64,000 bases of DNA. Source: Bacteroidia bacterium (lineage in GTDB: Bacteria > Bacteroidota > Bacteroidia > M30B66). Below are positions 62,801 to 64,000 of this stretch, piece after piece. Under the pieces are notes generated by a model, which was not told where the DNA came from, searched no databases, and saw only the letters and a list, made by a program, of their open reading frames with translations. Positions within the stretch are counted from its first letter, which is position 1. The number at the start of each line of letters is the position of its first letter. The stretch spans positions 832,001-896,000 of the forward strand of contig OZ257142.1 in NCBI GenBank assembly GCA_965279035.1, read 5' to 3'. Made by a program: the position numbers and the translations under genes.

Positions 62801-62824
62801 GACGGTCAGCTATGACCGTTTTTT
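62801..62824 (+). terminator. Intrinsic terminator after dnaJ, overlapping a -7 element (TATATTTG, 62794-62801)
   Basis: ACGGUCA-GCUA-UGACCGU followed by UUUUU, ending 3 nt before the next ATG. Confidence 0.7.
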
Positions 62825-62827
62825 ATT

Positions 62828-63751
62828 ATGTCTCCACCCATTTTTGAAGCCCGAAATATCTTTAAAAGCTATGGTAATTATCAAGCTTTAAATGATATCA
62901 GTATTTCGGTAGAACGAGGTTCTGTATTTGGATTACTTGGGCCGAATGGTGCTGGTAAAACCTCTTTGATTCGAATTATCAATCAAATTACTGCACCTGA
63001 TAAAGGAGAGCTTTATTTTGATGGTAAATCGATGAATTTATCTCATGTTCAACGTATTGGATATCTTCCGGAAGAGCGTGGCTTATACAAAAAAATGCAA
63101 GTTGGAGAGCAATGTCTCTATCTAGCTCGTTTGCGTGGACTTGATAAACACGAGGCAAAACGTCGACTTCGAATTTGGTTTGAGAAATTCGAAATGCAAT
63201 CGTGGTGGAACAAGAAAATAGAAGAGCTTTCAAAAGGAATGGCTCAGAAAGTTCAATTTGTTGTAACAGTTCTTCATGAACCCGAATTACTCATTTTTGA
63301 TGAGCCATTTTCAGGTTTTGACCCTGTGAATGCAGCCGTTATTCGGAATGAAATATTGGATCTTAAAAAGAATGGTGCTACTATTATTTTTTCAACTCAC
63401 CGGATGGAAACGGTAGAGGAATTATGTGATAGTATCGCCTTGATCAACAAGAGTAAGAAGATTCTCGATGGCAAAGTAAGAGATATCAAAAATGAGTTCC
63501 GCACAAATACGTTTGAAATGGAATTTAGAGGCAATCTCTTATCATTTACAACAGCTTTATGGACAGGATTTGAATTGCTTGAAAAAGAAGCTGACGGAAA
63601 TCATTGTAAGGTGCGTTTGAAGATGCTTGGAAGCAATTCTGTTAACAATTTATTTAATGCTGTGATGCCTGTTTGCGAAGTGGTAAGCTTTCGGGAAGTT
63701 GTCCCAACCATGGATGAAATCTTTATTCGTAACGTTCAAGAACCCGCATAA
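62828..63751 (+). CDS. ABC transporter ATP-binding protein (NatA/YhaQ-like, DUF4162 tail)
   Basis: GPNGAGKT, GYLPEERGLY, LSKGMAQK and FDEPFSG. Confidence 0.92.
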   Translation: MSPPIFEARNIFKSYGNYQALNDISISVERGSVFGLLGPNGAGKTSLIRIINQITAPDKGELYFDGKSMNLSHVQRIGYLPEERGLYKKMQVGEQCLYLARLRGLDKHEAKRRLRIWFEKFEMQSWWNKKIEELSKGMAQKVQFVVTVLHEPELLIFDEPFSGFDPVNAAVIRNEILDLKKNGATIIFSTHRMETVEELCDSIALINKSKKILDGKVRDIKNEFRTNTFEMEFRGNLLSFTTALWTGFELLEKEADGNHCKVRLKMLGSNSVNNLFNAVMPVCEVVSFREVVPTMDEIFIRNVQEPA

Positions 63752-63754
63752 GTC

Positions 63755-64000
63755 ATGGGAAAAATTAGCTTGATTATTCAGAGAGAATACTTAACACGGG
63801 TTCGCAAAAGGTCATTTATTATTATGACGATTTTAGGTCCTTTGCTTATGGCTGGAGTTGCCATTGTACCTATGTGGCTTGCCAATGCGAATGAAACGGT
63901 TCGAAGTATTGTTGTTCTTGATGAAACGGGAGTGGTTGACTATCAACTTAAATCCAATGAGAACATTCAATTTAATTATACACATTCAACGTTAGAGGAT
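63755..64000 (+). CDS. ABC-2 permease (NatB/YhaP-like), truncated by the window end
   Basis: Manual translation gives MGKISLIIQREYLTRVRKRSFIIMTILGPLLM..., open to the window edge. Confidence 0.85.
   Translation, partial: MGKISLIIQREYLTRVRKRSFIIMTILGPLLMAGVAIVPMWLANANETVRSIVVLDETGVVDYQLKSNENIQFNYTHSTLED

Overview
A 64-kb chromosomal segment of an AT-rich Bacteroidota bacterium. The phylum is inferred from TAnnTTTG promoters, an rpsL-rpsG-fusA-rpsJ junction without tuf, DUF4290-murA, and a eukaryote-type citrate synthase. (1) 1-24.8 kb, minus strand: a large surface-polysaccharide locus with fcl, wzm/wzt, and a nonulosonic-acid pathway (PseB, PseC, PseG-like, NeuB-family synthase, SpsF-type cytidylyltransferase, no PseH). 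It also carries many tailoring enzymes (AKR, SDR, ATP-grasp, metallophosphoesterase, WbqC, PIG-L deacetylase, two methyltransferases, one fused to a Trm112-like domain) and GT2/GT11/KpsS-like transferases. (2) 25-35 kb: rdgB, dedA, citrate synthase, a divergent VioA/acyltransferase/GtrB/GT-C lipid-linked glycosylation cassette, eno and carA. (3) 35.4-53.6 kb: the complete str-S10-spc-alpha ribosomal cluster, split between rpsC and rplP by a terminator and a second promoter that closely resembles the rpsL promoter. (4) 54-64 kb: pcrA/uvrD, DUF4290, murA (Cys->Asp), a GT-C protein, TlpA, grpE-dnaJ behind a sigma54-like promoter, and an ABC transporter. I saw no tRNA, rRNA, CRISPR array or transposase. 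All assignments come from motif recognition by eye; no database searches were run.
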